Origin: Pelomyxa schiedti
Lineage: Eukaryota > Protista > Evosea
NCBI GenBank assembly: GCA_020536535.1
Contig: JAHLWZ010000863.1
Location: 4,430-68,429 of the forward strand
Direction of reading: 5' to 3'
DNA length: 64,000 bases
The notes under the pieces are model-generated. The model saw nothing but the letters and a program-made list of their open reading frames with translations. It ran no database searches and was not told where the DNA came from. Both the position numbers and the translations under genes were made by a program. Below, piece after piece: positions 34,084 through 45,149 of the stretch. The stretch's first letter is position 1, and every line of letters starts with the position of its first letter.

Positions 34084-36477
34084 TTACATAATGCTGCACT
34101 TTGGAGGTGCAAGGAGCCTCACTCTCCTATCACACTCAGCGACATCCGCCTCAGTCTCACTAGCTGGGGGAAGAACCGGCACCGTGTACGGTGGTTCCGT
34201 CGAGTCCAATCTCTGGCCGTTCTTCAGCTGCTCTTCAACTATGGGAGGCACCACGCCAAAGTTGAGCTTTATCCACATGGCCATGTGCTTGCCGGTCTCC
34301 CTGAGCTCCGGGACACTGATGTGGTTCCAGTCTATGGAGGGTGGTGAGGCCTGAACGCGGAACTGGTGGCAGAACCACTTGGCGGTGCGAATCCGGCCGG
34401 CGTAGCAGCAGTTTTCTATCACGGACTTGGCCTGGAGCCGGCCTTCTAGGGTCTGGATGTGCTCATGGTGGATAAGCCACGACGCTATCCCGATGTGGCC
34501 TTGACTCAGGGCCGCGGAAAGCAGGTCGAGGGTCTGCAGCCGGGTTAGTTGCGTGGAGATAGAGCTCAGAAGCAACTGGAAGTTGTCAAACTGGCCTTGC
34601 AAGCAGCTCTGTCTACAGTAGGCTGCGTCACTATAGAGAGGAGCCTCCTTACAGCGTCCATAGAGCCATTTCACAAGTCGGATGTGCCTGTTGTTGTGGC
34701 ACTCGTTAAAGCACTGCGCCATTACCATTGGAATGGGTATGCCGAAGTCGTCGAGCAGCCACTTAACGGTATTGAAGAGGCCTTTTGAGCAACATATGAG
34801 AAAAGAGGATTGAATCCAATCCCTGACAAGTGGAGAGTCTGGGCCGATACTGTACTTAGTAGTTAATTGACTCAGGGTACGGAGTAACCCAGCTTCACAG
34901 AGGGGCCGTAGTACATCGGGTGATAAGCCAAGTATTGGAAAAGTTTCCAAGATCCATTCAACTACTCGGCTACGTCGTTGCTTTGTGCTCGTTTCTAGGG
35001 CAGATTGCAGAGCGGAAAGTGAAGGGGAACCAAATGTATTGTTTATCCACCGGGCGCACTCCAGGTGCCCCATACCGCAGGTTAGTGTAAAGGTTGTTGC
35101 ACGTAAGTCTGTAGCAGTTAATGAATACTCTTGGACCAACCAGGATGCAATATCTACAAAACCAGAAACGCAGGCAGTCCATAGGGAGTAGTTTGATTTG
35201 CTCTGAACGTCTTCCCTGGAAATTGAGAACTGTTTGGCAAATAACTGTACATATGATAAATTACCACTTTCACAGGCATCATGGAATGGTTGGTTGTCTT
35301 GAACAGTTGCATCGCCATGTGAAATGGAAAACTTGGACACCAGCCACAAAAGAAGTGTAGTAGAGGCTCTATGGCAACAACTGCGCAGTACCTCAAAGTT
35401 CTTTTCCATCAAATCCTCTTTGGTGAGGCCAAAGTTTGTGCAAATCCAGTCAGCAGCTTCCACATGCCCACCATCACAACACAGCCTCAATGCCTCGCAA
35501 TTGTCCGTCCGAACATCGGCCACGGAAAGAGGGTAATGACTGCACAGCCACTTGATCACGTCGACGGATCCCGAAGCACAGCTTCGCTTGAGAGCGAAAT
35601 TGGAGTAGTTCCGCACGTCGCACAGCTTGAGGTCGAACTTGGAGCATATAAGTGCCACCATGTCACTCGACTTTGAGCCGCAGGCCGTGTGCAGAGCCTG
35701 GATTCCGACCCCGGCATCGCCGTCCTTGGTCGCCGGCGCCAGAATGGCCGGGCTGCGCAGAGAGAGCACGTACTGGGCAAGTGCCACGACTCCCGACGAA
35801 ACGGCGGCGTGAAGAACGGACCTCGCGTACACGGCTTCGACTTGTGGGATGGCCAGGGGCGGCGGGTCGCCAAGGGCCGAGCGCAGCCACGCCACGAAGC
35901 GCGAGTCGCCGCGGCCCAGGGCGACGCGCAGGGCGTCGTAGGCGTCGCCCTCGCCGTCGGCCCACGCGGCGGCGCGGGGCAGGCGCCAGCGGCGGGCGAC
36001 GGCGGCCGCGACCGAGGGGCAGCCGCGGCGCGCGCAGGCGACGAGGGCGCGGGCGGGGTCGCCGAGCGACGCGGCGACGGCGGCGTCGGCGCACAGGCAG
36101 GCCAGGGGGAACAGCGCCTCGCCCAGCGACGCCAGGTCGCGGGCCCGCCGCTGCTGCGCCTCGTAGTCGGCCGGCGAGTCGATGTCGAGGTCCCTGGGGG
36201 CGTCGCCGGGGTCGGGGTCGTCCGCGGGCCAGGCCCCGCCGTCGCGGTAGCCGCCGTGGTCGGGCTCCCACGTGGCGGGAGGAACGGAGACCAAGGGGGC
36301 GAAGTCGGGGAAGGGCAGGGGCCTCCCGCCGTCGCCGTCGTAGCGGTTGTAATCGACGAGACCACGAGCCGGACCCAGGCGCTGCATTCTGAGGGTGTAG
36401 GGGAGCACGTCGTGCCACACTACGCGCGACAGCAGCACCACACGCTCGGCCTCTATTCCCTTGTCTCCACGCAACAT
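34084..36477 (-). CDS. Intronless ankyrin-repeat protein ending in a CaaX motif
   Basis: 797-aa ORF with repeated ~37-aa units (ALxxxCxxGHxExxxWL) and C-terminus CSIM*. Confidence 0.85.
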   Translation of the reverse strand: MLRGDKGIEAERVVLLSRVVWHDVLPYTLRMQRLGPARGLVDYNRYDGDGGRPLPFPDFAPLVSVPPATWEPDHGGYRDGGAWPADDPDPGDAPRDLDIDSPADYEAQQRRARDLASLGEALFPLACLCADAAVAASLGDPARALVACARRGCPSVAAAVARRWRLPRAAAWADGEGDAYDALRVALGRGDSRFVAWLRSALGDPPPLAIPQVEAVYARSVLHAAVSSGVVALAQYVLSLRSPAILAPATKDGDAGVGIQALHTACGSKSSDMVALICSKFDLKLCDVRNYSNFALKRSCASGSVDVIKWLCSHYPLSVADVRTDNCEALRLCCDGGHVEAADWICTNFGLTKEDLMEKNFEVLRSCCHRASTTLLLWLVSKFSISHGDATVQDNQPFHDACESGNLSYVQLFAKQFSISREDVQSKSNYSLWTACVSGFVDIASWLVQEYSLTATDLRATTFTLTCGMGHLECARWINNTFGSPSLSALQSALETSTKQRRSRVVEWILETFPILGLSPDVLRPLCEAGLLRTLSQLTTKYSIGPDSPLVRDWIQSSFLICCSKGLFNTVKWLLDDFGIPIPMVMAQCFNECHNNRHIRLVKWLYGRCKEAPLYSDAAYCRQSCLQGQFDNFQLLLSSISTQLTRLQTLDLLSAALSQGHIGIASWLIHHEHIQTLEGRLQAKSVIENCCYAGRIRTAKWFCHQFRVQASPPSIDWNHISVPELRETGKHMAMWIKLNFGVVPPIVEEQLKNGQRLDSTEPPYTVPVLPPASETEADVAECDRRVRLLAPPKCSIM

Positions 36478-36672
36478 CCTTCCCCGAACCTTGGTCCACG
36501 TTTGTTATTGGCTGAAATACACAGGGAAAATTTCTCACTCAGGCAGCAAGCTGGAAACCGCCCAGAAGGAGTATTTTTGGGATGGTGTTGAACCAGGGGA
36601 GAAAGGCTGAAACGCAAGTCGTGAGCCAAATTCCCATCATCACCCCACACAAAACAAAACTGCACCGACGCA

Positions 36673-38104
36673 ATGAAGCCCCAACAGCAGCACCGCAAGT
36701 TGCCCGACTGGATGCTCTCCTCGGCGCCTAAACAACACCCTGGCAGCAAGAGGAACCCCTCGTCGTCGGCCTCGTCTTCGCCCACGCCGCCGACCCTCGT
36801 GTGCCCCACTCCCCGCGTCGCCGCGTCGCCCCCGTGCTCCTCGCCCTCTGGGCGTTCGTCGTCTCAGCCGTCGTCGTCGGCTTCGGTTGTGGTTCCTCCT
36901 ACGGCCTCGACGCCGACGCCTGCGGCATCCCATAATCGCAACCGTTGCGCGGCGGTGCAACACACCACCAGCCAGCCCTCGCAACTGCAACAACAACAAC
37001 AACAACAAACGCAACGTCCTGTGAATCGGCCGAGTCAGAGTCCGAGCCAGACCCAGACCCATAATCAGAATCGGTCTGTCCCTCCGTTGATACGCCGAAT
37101 CAGTCCTTTCAACAAAGCGTCACCTTGTACGGCGCTGTTCTTGCCTTGTGCTTTTGTACAGAGCCCTGGGGACGTGGATTCAAGTGACCCGGCTTCGTAT
37201 AATTATAATTCTTCTTCTTCGTCGTCACTGTTGTGCACTGATTTGACACTGCTTCCACCGGCGTATGAGTCCATGACGACTGAGGATGGACCTTCTTCTG
37301 GACCTTTTGTTGTTGGCAAAAGTGGAAAGCCGCTATCTTCTTGGAGTGCAACTGCACTGAGGGATGCTGCTTTGTGTCTGCATGTGCCTGGTGCTGCAAC
37401 TATCAAAAAGAAACCTGAGCTCCTCAAAGCGTTAGTTTTACCCTCTTGCACTACATTTTTGCTTTCCTCCCTAGGTGGTGAATAGCACTGAAACCCCAAC
37501 TGTAACATGCCTTACTTACTCTCAATACAACTCTTCCAGAATAGCAGAAGCGGTCCCGGCTCTTAAATCTTTACTTGATGAAACCCCCTCACATTCAGAA
37601 CGAAAACCCAGCAATGACACAGACACTGACGATACCAGAAGTATGACCCCAAGAAAACGAGGAACTGTTCCACCTTCATTGACACCTCCGACTCCAAAGC
37701 GTGGAAGGGTTTCTACAAAAGCATTGCCGGTCTCGCAGAAGCCTCTTCATGCCCTTCATTATATGGGCGGAACATCGGAACTCTACAATAATTCATCAGA
37801 GGAAGACCCGAATGTGACCAAAGACAAGCCGATTCTTCCACTCTCGCAACGTGTGACCTTCGAAATGCAGAAGATGAGAGAACAAGAAATGAAGGCCAAA
37901 GAAGAGAGGGAGAAACAACAGGCTCTCGAAGAACAACTAAAAGCCGAGTTGCAAGCCAAGCAGGCCGACACCAACACAAAACTCCAAATGCGCCCCTCTG
38001 TATTGCAGCTGTGCTTCCAGGATGATAATGACTCCAGTACTCCATTTCCGGACAATGACACTGGTCTCAATAGCCCCATACTGTCACCAGAATCTGATGA
38101 GTAG
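36673..38104 (+). CDS. Low-complexity, probably nuclear protein with a possible HeH/SAP/Rho_N-like motif and a coiled coil
   Basis: ORFs 36673-37485 and 37475-38104 join via an intron at ~37431-37474. S/P/Q-rich N-terminus; WSATALRDAALCLHVPGAATIKKKPELLKA; PRKRG and PKRGR NLS-like motifs. Confidence 0.6.
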
Positions 38105-38369
38105 AGAGGCAAGCCCCCATTCACTATGTAAATGACTGTTGTTGTTTTGTTTTGGCTGAGGTTTTTACCCCAAAATTTATTGAATTGTGGCCTTTGCCAC
38201 ATCCATCCATCACCTAGTTTCTTTACTACGCTACACGACGCTCGTAATAGCGACTTAGCTTTTCCTTCACAAGACCAAATAACTCAAACGCAACAATAGT
38301 TTATTCAACACTCAATTACTCAACCAATTTAACGACCATTGCGCTCTCGTTGAAACGGAGATCTTATAA

Positions 38370-40950
38370 ATGCTACGCAGGGGAATGGTGCCAAGCTTAG
38401 CTTTGGTGAATCTCTTGCCATTCTAATCCCGCGATCTAAAGTCTATCTAGCTACCGAACATTACCATAACGACAATTCGATTTACTATGTCACTGCCATT
38501 TGGAGCAGTTTTAGATGGTTTAAATGTTGAAACGAAGAAAAGAACGTGGAAGCACATCTTCCATTGGCACGGTACTGCCACACGAGTCTGTTAATTGCAG
38601 TACAAATATCTTTGAGGAAAACAAAAACCATCCAGGAGGGTAGTGTTGTAAAGAAGAAATATTGTGAGATTTTTTGGGCTTCCGCATGTCATCGTTATCG
38701 TCAGTATTCGTAGCACTTTTGTGCATAGTACTTGTTGGTGCCAATAGATGTGACACCGCATACCAGATAGCATCACTGCCCTATCTTTTCACAGTGAGTT
38801 TTGGTAGTTGAGACTCTAATTAACAATTAGACCAAATAGGGACAAATATCACCGAATTCTCAGCCCGCGACATCATTATGTAGTAGTACATCTCTCAAGG
38901 CCACTTGGTTTCACTGGATAGGCACTGGTGGCAATACCTTACTTACTCTGACAACCACTGCTTTTCGGCCGTCCATTCAGGTAACGAATTCCCTCCAGTT
39001 CCTCAGCTTTGGGAATTTACTGTGAATAAATAGATAGTCTCTACTTCCTGTTACTCTGGCCAATGCCTTGGCACATATCTCGCCGATGAGAATGTTGGGC
39101 AGTTGTCAGTCTCTCTTACTAGTGTTTCCGGAGTATCATACTACATTGCTGTTACCTCTGATACTGGAACTTCCAGTGGAAGGTTTGAATTCAGGGCAGA
39201 CCCCGAAGTTGATGTGTCAAGTAAGAATCCCACGAAATCTGTAATTAGTGTTGCACTGATTTCATCGACATATCCTGCAGAATGTGGAAATGGAGTACTA
39301 GATGACACTGAGTGGTGCGACAGTGGTGTGGGTTGTTCATCGACTTGCCTGTGTGAAACTGGATTCATTCCAACGGATCCCTTATCTGTGAACTGCACAT
39401 ATGCTGGTATGAATGCTATTTTTCTCTGACACACAATATAATTTTATTTCCCAAAAATAGGGTGCTTCCCTACTGATATGCCATACGTAGTAGAGTCATT
39501 GCCATTCAGAGCTGAAGGAGATATCTCCACTTCACCTGTATCTTCTTCATCCTGCCTTACAAACACGCATGTAGGGGATTGGTATGAGTATACAAGGCCA
39601 CTATCTCTACCTTCAGCCACAGTCTACGTTACAACATGCAATACGGAGACAAATTTTGATACCTTTCTGGAAGTACAGTCAGGATCTTGCGAATCCGGAT
39701 TTCAGTGTATTATCACTAATGATGACGGCGGATGTGGCGGGCCTGCTGCACTTCAATTTTATGCTGTGAGTGGAACTGCGTACTATATCTTTGTTCACGG
39801 GCACCAAAATGAAGTCGGGCAGTACTCATTGTACATATATACACTGACAGATTCATCAACCTCCACAACCACACCTTCTGAGACTTCTGCTTCTTCAGGT
39901 GAGATAATTTGTTCCGCACCTCTTTCTTGATACTAAGTTCCGCATTGAAATAGACTCGATTTGCAATGAAATTCCTGCTATATCAGTGAATTACAACGCG
40001 TACCACACTCTCAAGATTGACGATTCTATTTCAGATGGCTGCTGGGCTGAATCCATTGGTATCTTCTACGGCATTATGCCATCAACTCATCTAAGCAAAT
40101 CCGTAGGGAAGTGGTTTGCGTTGGTTGATGCATATGGGAATATCACGATCTCCACGTGTTCTTCTGAAACGAGTTTAGACACGATTGTTTACGTAAATTC
40201 CGGATTATGGGTATAATATATACTGACGTGCTGAAGGTTGTTGAAGACCTGTGTTCCAGTACTTTAGATGCTTCTTGTGAAGAGTACAACGATGACTACC
40301 TCGAAGATAACTGTTATGAGGGGAACTCAAAGCTTTCCTTCTACGCTTACAGTGGAACTACTTACTACATTCTCGTCACAGGGTTCACATAATCACACTC
40401 TGCCTTCTTTTTTCCAACTGTGAATGTAGGTCACAGGAAGATACTGGCACATTTTATCTATCCGTAGAACCAACATATACAAATTCCACTGGTCTCTCTG
40501 GAGGCAAGTTATTCCGTCTTGGATTTCAGCTTTATTTATCATTCAAAAGGCATTGTTGCACTCATTGTTATTGCCTCTATTCTCTTTGTATCCATTCTCG
40601 CCGGCAGTTTAGTAGTAGGATTCTTATTCCTACGGAAGCACCTTCCAATTGATGTCAAAGAAAAGTGAGCAAATAATACCTCCCACAATGACTAGGACCA
40701 ATAACCACAAGGTACTTTGGCATGGAGCAGATATTTTCACCAAGCACACACCCTGACGTCCACGATGAGCCAGAGGATCACTTGTAAGCCTTTTGCAATC
40801 TTTTCGCATCCCACAACTGACGCCCAACAACAATGCAGCAGTGCAAGTGTCGTGAGACCCACAGAGGAACCGGTAGTGGCGATAATAGCCCCGCCTGTTA
40901 CATCCCAGCCTTGGCCTCCAAGTGGCACAACAAATAATCTCCTTCTGTAA
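38370..40950 (+). CDS. Type I membrane protein with repeated PPC-like beta-sandwich modules and a Myxococcus-type Cys-rich repeat
   Basis: Repeated TCxxxTxFDT and SGxxYYIxV motifs; CGNGVLDDTEWCD; TM GIVALIVIASILFVSILAGSLVVGFLFL at ~40550-40632. 5' exons uncertain. Confidence 0.65.
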
Positions 40951-41071
40951 AATAAGTAGAGACAAGAAATATGTGAGTGAAAAAAAAAATCTCTCTTTTT
41001 TTTTATTTCTTTGTGTTTGTGTTTTTCATATACGGTAGCAGTGGTACACCACCAGAGAAGTGTAAGTATTT

Positions 41072-43149
41072 CTACAGGCGCAACACGTCGTCCAAAACTA
41101 CAACAAAAGGATGTGATAGAGCCTCTTCGACCTGGAAGATGTTAAACGGGAAGTCAGAGGGAAAATGGAACCAACCTTTATACGTTTAGTTGGGTCGAAA
41201 GCAAATATTTGAGAAACTAAGTCCGCGAGCTGTGTGTAGAGAGCTTTATCTAAAGAGTCCCTGACACCAGAAGCGTGTCTCATAATCTCCGCTTTTAAGT
41301 CACGGGTAGCTTTTCCGGTGGTCGTAAATTGCTGTGAAGCTGTTAGGGGTGCTTAAAAGAAACGGAATTCAGACCTGTATAGCCGCAGTGGCAGCAGTAT
41401 CGCTAGGTGGTGGTGTAGGGGGTGATCTATACACTGCAGAGTCAAAGAAGTTGGAAGTCTTTGGGAACTGACGAAGCAACTTCAGTGAAGGCCTTCCTGT
41501 AACCTGCATGTGTAACCAGAGCATCTCCTCGTTTGTGGAACCGCAAAACGGGAAGCGGGAAGTAGCCAGTTCATAAATGCAGCACCCGAAGGCCCACATG
41601 TCGCAAGAGTAGCACACAGGAGCACCCAATATACTCTCTGGTGGTCGGTAAAACCTAGCAAAAGCTGTCCCAGATGCCCTCGGTCCAGTCCCAGTCACGG
41701 CACAACCAAAATCAGCGAGTTTACATAAGAGTGGAGAGGAAGGAGAGAGGAGCACATTGTCAAGTTTGATATCACAGTGCACTAATGACAGTGACTTCAG
41801 GTGCCGAAGGGCTAGGAGCATTGCTCTGGCATACTGTGATACCAGACGTATCGACAAACCTGGGCCACTTCCGCTAGGAAGCATAGGTACGGAAGGCTGC
41901 GGAGAGGTATTGGATTGGGTTGCAGAACCTGTTGGAAGGCTAGCAGGTGTCTTAGTTTTATGCTGCTGTAAGACCTGCCTGAGGTTGCTTCCCATTGCCT
42001 CGAAGACCAAGCACAGAGTTCCATATTTGTCCTCAAAAGAATCTAACAGGCGGATACAATGTGAAGAATCTTTTGTGTCTTTTTCATTGATGGTTTCTAA
42101 AACCTTTTTCTCATTCTGAGCAGCTTTTTTCCTGCCAATAGTTAGCCTAGAAAAATTAGATTGGGCTCTACTCACATGTTAAGCCTATGACACTTGATAG
42201 CAACTTCCTGGTCGTTGTGGTTTCTATCTGTGGCACGCAGAACTCGACTGTAGATACCGTCACCAAAAACACCAGTAACAACATACCGGTCATTCAGGAC
42301 TTCCCCAGTGCATATCTCTGTAACCAAATAAGAACGTAATGTCGGAAAAATGGATGCACATACTGTATTGCCCACCGGCATCCCATCTATCATCAGTACA
42401 CACATCAGGTGTGAACTTTACAGGAGGTTGCGGTATTGCCACTGGAGATTCAGAGAACATGTCAAAGTGCTCACAAGGGCTTTTGTTGGTAGTGGTTGAC
42501 GCAGAATTTGAGTTTGGATTCGAGGAAATTTTGCCTGTTGCAATCAGCACCGGTGGGGGGGACGTGGAAGCAGGAGCAGAGGAGCCAGGAGGAGTACTAC
42601 TGCTATCAGACACAGGCGATTCCTGACGGCCGGGAGAAACGTTACTGTCGGTAATAGTCACAACTTCGGTAATCAAAATTGTCGGACTGACAGTAACAGA
42701 AGAGGTGGTGGTACTTTGAGTTGTACTAGAAGTAGTTGAAGTTGGAGAAACAGTGGTAGGACCATTTTTACCGCTGCGTGCACTAACAAGGGGCAGATTT
42801 GGCGTCAAAATAGGAGAAGTCGTAGTGGGTGTTAGCGTACGTGGAGGCACATCCACGACACTCGGGGAAGCATTGGATTTACTGCGTGAGGCCGCAGCCT
42901 GAGCTGCCTCCCTACGGAAAGCATCCAACGCAACTAGTCGACCTCTGTGTAACAGTTAATAAGTGGAGTTTTTAAACGTATATATTGACCGCTAAAATGA
43001 GGTTGAGTGCGCCACATGAGTCGAAAGGGGGAGGGCATGTAGCAAACATACGAGAGAGCTCTGGGGCGTTTGGGAACCGGTTCGCATGAGCGATTGATAG
43101 GAAAAGAAGGGACGCGCTTACCGACCGTACCAATCGTTACTGTTGCCAT
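41072..43149 (-). CDS. PRP4/DYRK-like CMGC protein kinase, multi-exon
   Basis: DMFSESP, DxWDxxGxY, GEVLNDRY.V.G..G.G.YS.V.RA.D, HCIRLL..F, LCLVFE.M..NLR.VL, HCDIKLDN, DFG, RFYRPPE, DMWAFGC. Confidence 0.85.
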
Positions 43150-43341
43150 CGCAAAGGTTGTTTTGTTTGTTGTTGTTCTTGCGGTTGCGGTGTGGCCTGA
43201 GCAAGATTGGTTTGTTTGTTTTTATGATTTTTTATCTTTTTTTGATTTTTTTTTCTCTTCAGGGCCAGGAATTTTCCGCAGGCAATTGGTGAGAATAAAA
43301 ATAGGCTCTTTCTTTTTTTCTACCAACTTAGAAATAGAACT

Positions 43342-44900
43342 TTAGGCGGGGAGGTATTCCAAGACAGCCGTTACTCCTTGTTTATCGAAGGCAGTGGCGT
43401 AGACGTGGTCTTGGTCCAAGATATCGATTTGGTTCACATAGTAGCCTTTCATTTCGCTAAGATGCCATGTGGCTCCGCCATCAACCTGGTTGGTAACCAA
43501 GAGGGTCAGAAGGAATACCACTGAATAGTGAGGGAAGTACAGTGTGCCATAGTCCACCGTCGAGCACCATCTCCGTTGCCGAGCCGCCGATCCACCCTTC
43601 GTTCTCATCGTAGAACCGGCAAGCTAGAAGTGAGGTCTTATCAAGGGTGGTCTGGCTTTCTCGTTACTCAAACACAGGGAAGGAAAGGAGGTAGTATATG
43701 CCTGAATCTCCCAGTTGTTACCGTCAGAGGTGTGGTAAACGTAGCCGGCAGTGTCTCCCTCGCCTACGGCCCAGACTTCGTGGTCGTTGATAGCAAAGAT
43801 CTCGTTAAAGTACATGAACGTAACATTGACTTGTATTTGCCAGGTCTCTCCTCCGTCCTCTGTCTTGGCGATTACTCCGGTGTATGCAGCTCCAGGTGCG
43901 GGAGCTGTGTCGACATATTCGGGGTGCAGGTCGCCATTTTCATCCTTCACGATTCCAAAGTGTTGAGAGATACTAAAGGAGAGTAAGTCTATTTTAACCA
44001 ATTATCTAAGTACCGCTTGTGGTAGCGGGAGTCCGCTGGAGATTCTGGCCACATCCCTCCAGCAATCCATCCCACCTTACAGAAAATGAGAATAGTTTGT
44101 GTTAGTCAGAGGAAAAACCTTCGAAGAGCCGAAAGATGTGTATCGAGCTTCGGTATCGATTTTCCAGTCATAGTGAGTCCACGAATGGCCGGCATCATGA
44201 GAAATGGCAACGCCTTCGCCAGTGCCACCAATCAATTTTGTTACCCACATTCCTGCCATGGCAAACATAGAAGGGTCACCAATAACTGGCTCGCAGTCTT
44301 GGTATGCAGCCAAAAGGTTCTTGTCCCCAGTGTCATACCAAGTTATTGCTAAAGAGGAATGTTACATGTTTACTATTACTTTTCTTGTAGATCACCTCCA
44401 TCATTTGTGTACCACGAGGAAATTTCGTCAATGTTCCAGCCAAGTCCTGCAGTGACACCGTTCGTGTGGTCTCCAAATGCCAAACACATGAACCTTTTGT
44501 AGTGTGTTGCGTTAACATCATCCAAGGAAATCCAGCAACTAAAACGCTGTGAGAGGGAGGGAGAAGTACATTTCCAATTCTTTTTCTTTATGTTGAATAG
44601 TCCAATTCGCGCCAGCGTCGACAGTCCGCTTGACCACAGATCCTTTTGTATGCAATGAGATCCGCATAAAAAAGAAAAAATCCACCCACATCCACCCCTT
44701 CCAGTACGACAAGTAGAGAACCACAACATACCAACAACGTTCTGAGTTCCAGCAACTACGCCCTCCTGCGGAGAGAAGAAGTGAATACCCATGCAGATCG
44801 TCATTATGTCGTTTGTGAGGACCGACCATTGGTCCTCAGCCACGGCTGCACCGACCAGCAGGCAAAATACGCCAAAAACTGACACCAATGCCCGGCGCAT
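43342..44900 (-). CDS. Secreted BNR/Asp-box (YCF48-like) beta-propeller protein
   Basis: Signal peptide MRRALVSVFGVFCLLVGAAVA; Asp boxes TVDAGANW, TNDGG, SHDAGHSW, TEDGGETW, TSDGNNW, STVDYG, DGGATW. Confidence 0.85.
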
Positions 44901-45149
44901 CGCTTCTTGTTGTTCCTTCGAGGGAAAAAACTTTTGCTTTTTCCCAGCAAGATCTTTGGCGCTTAAAAAAGCGAAACAAGAAAGTGCACTAACGGTTGGT
45001 GGGAGATCTGCACAAATCGCGGTTCGTGTTTCTTATTGTGGACCAAGTGCTCAACGGCAACCTCGCGTGCGTCGGTGGGAATAAGGAATAAGATCTAGAT
45101 CTTCTTTTACACACTGTATACTAGTTTATAGTCGCGCTTGTTTGTTACT

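Noticed and set aside
35556-36591. Four or more long alternative-frame ORFs
   Set aside because: Explained by stop-codon scarcity at very high GC within the ankyrin CDS.
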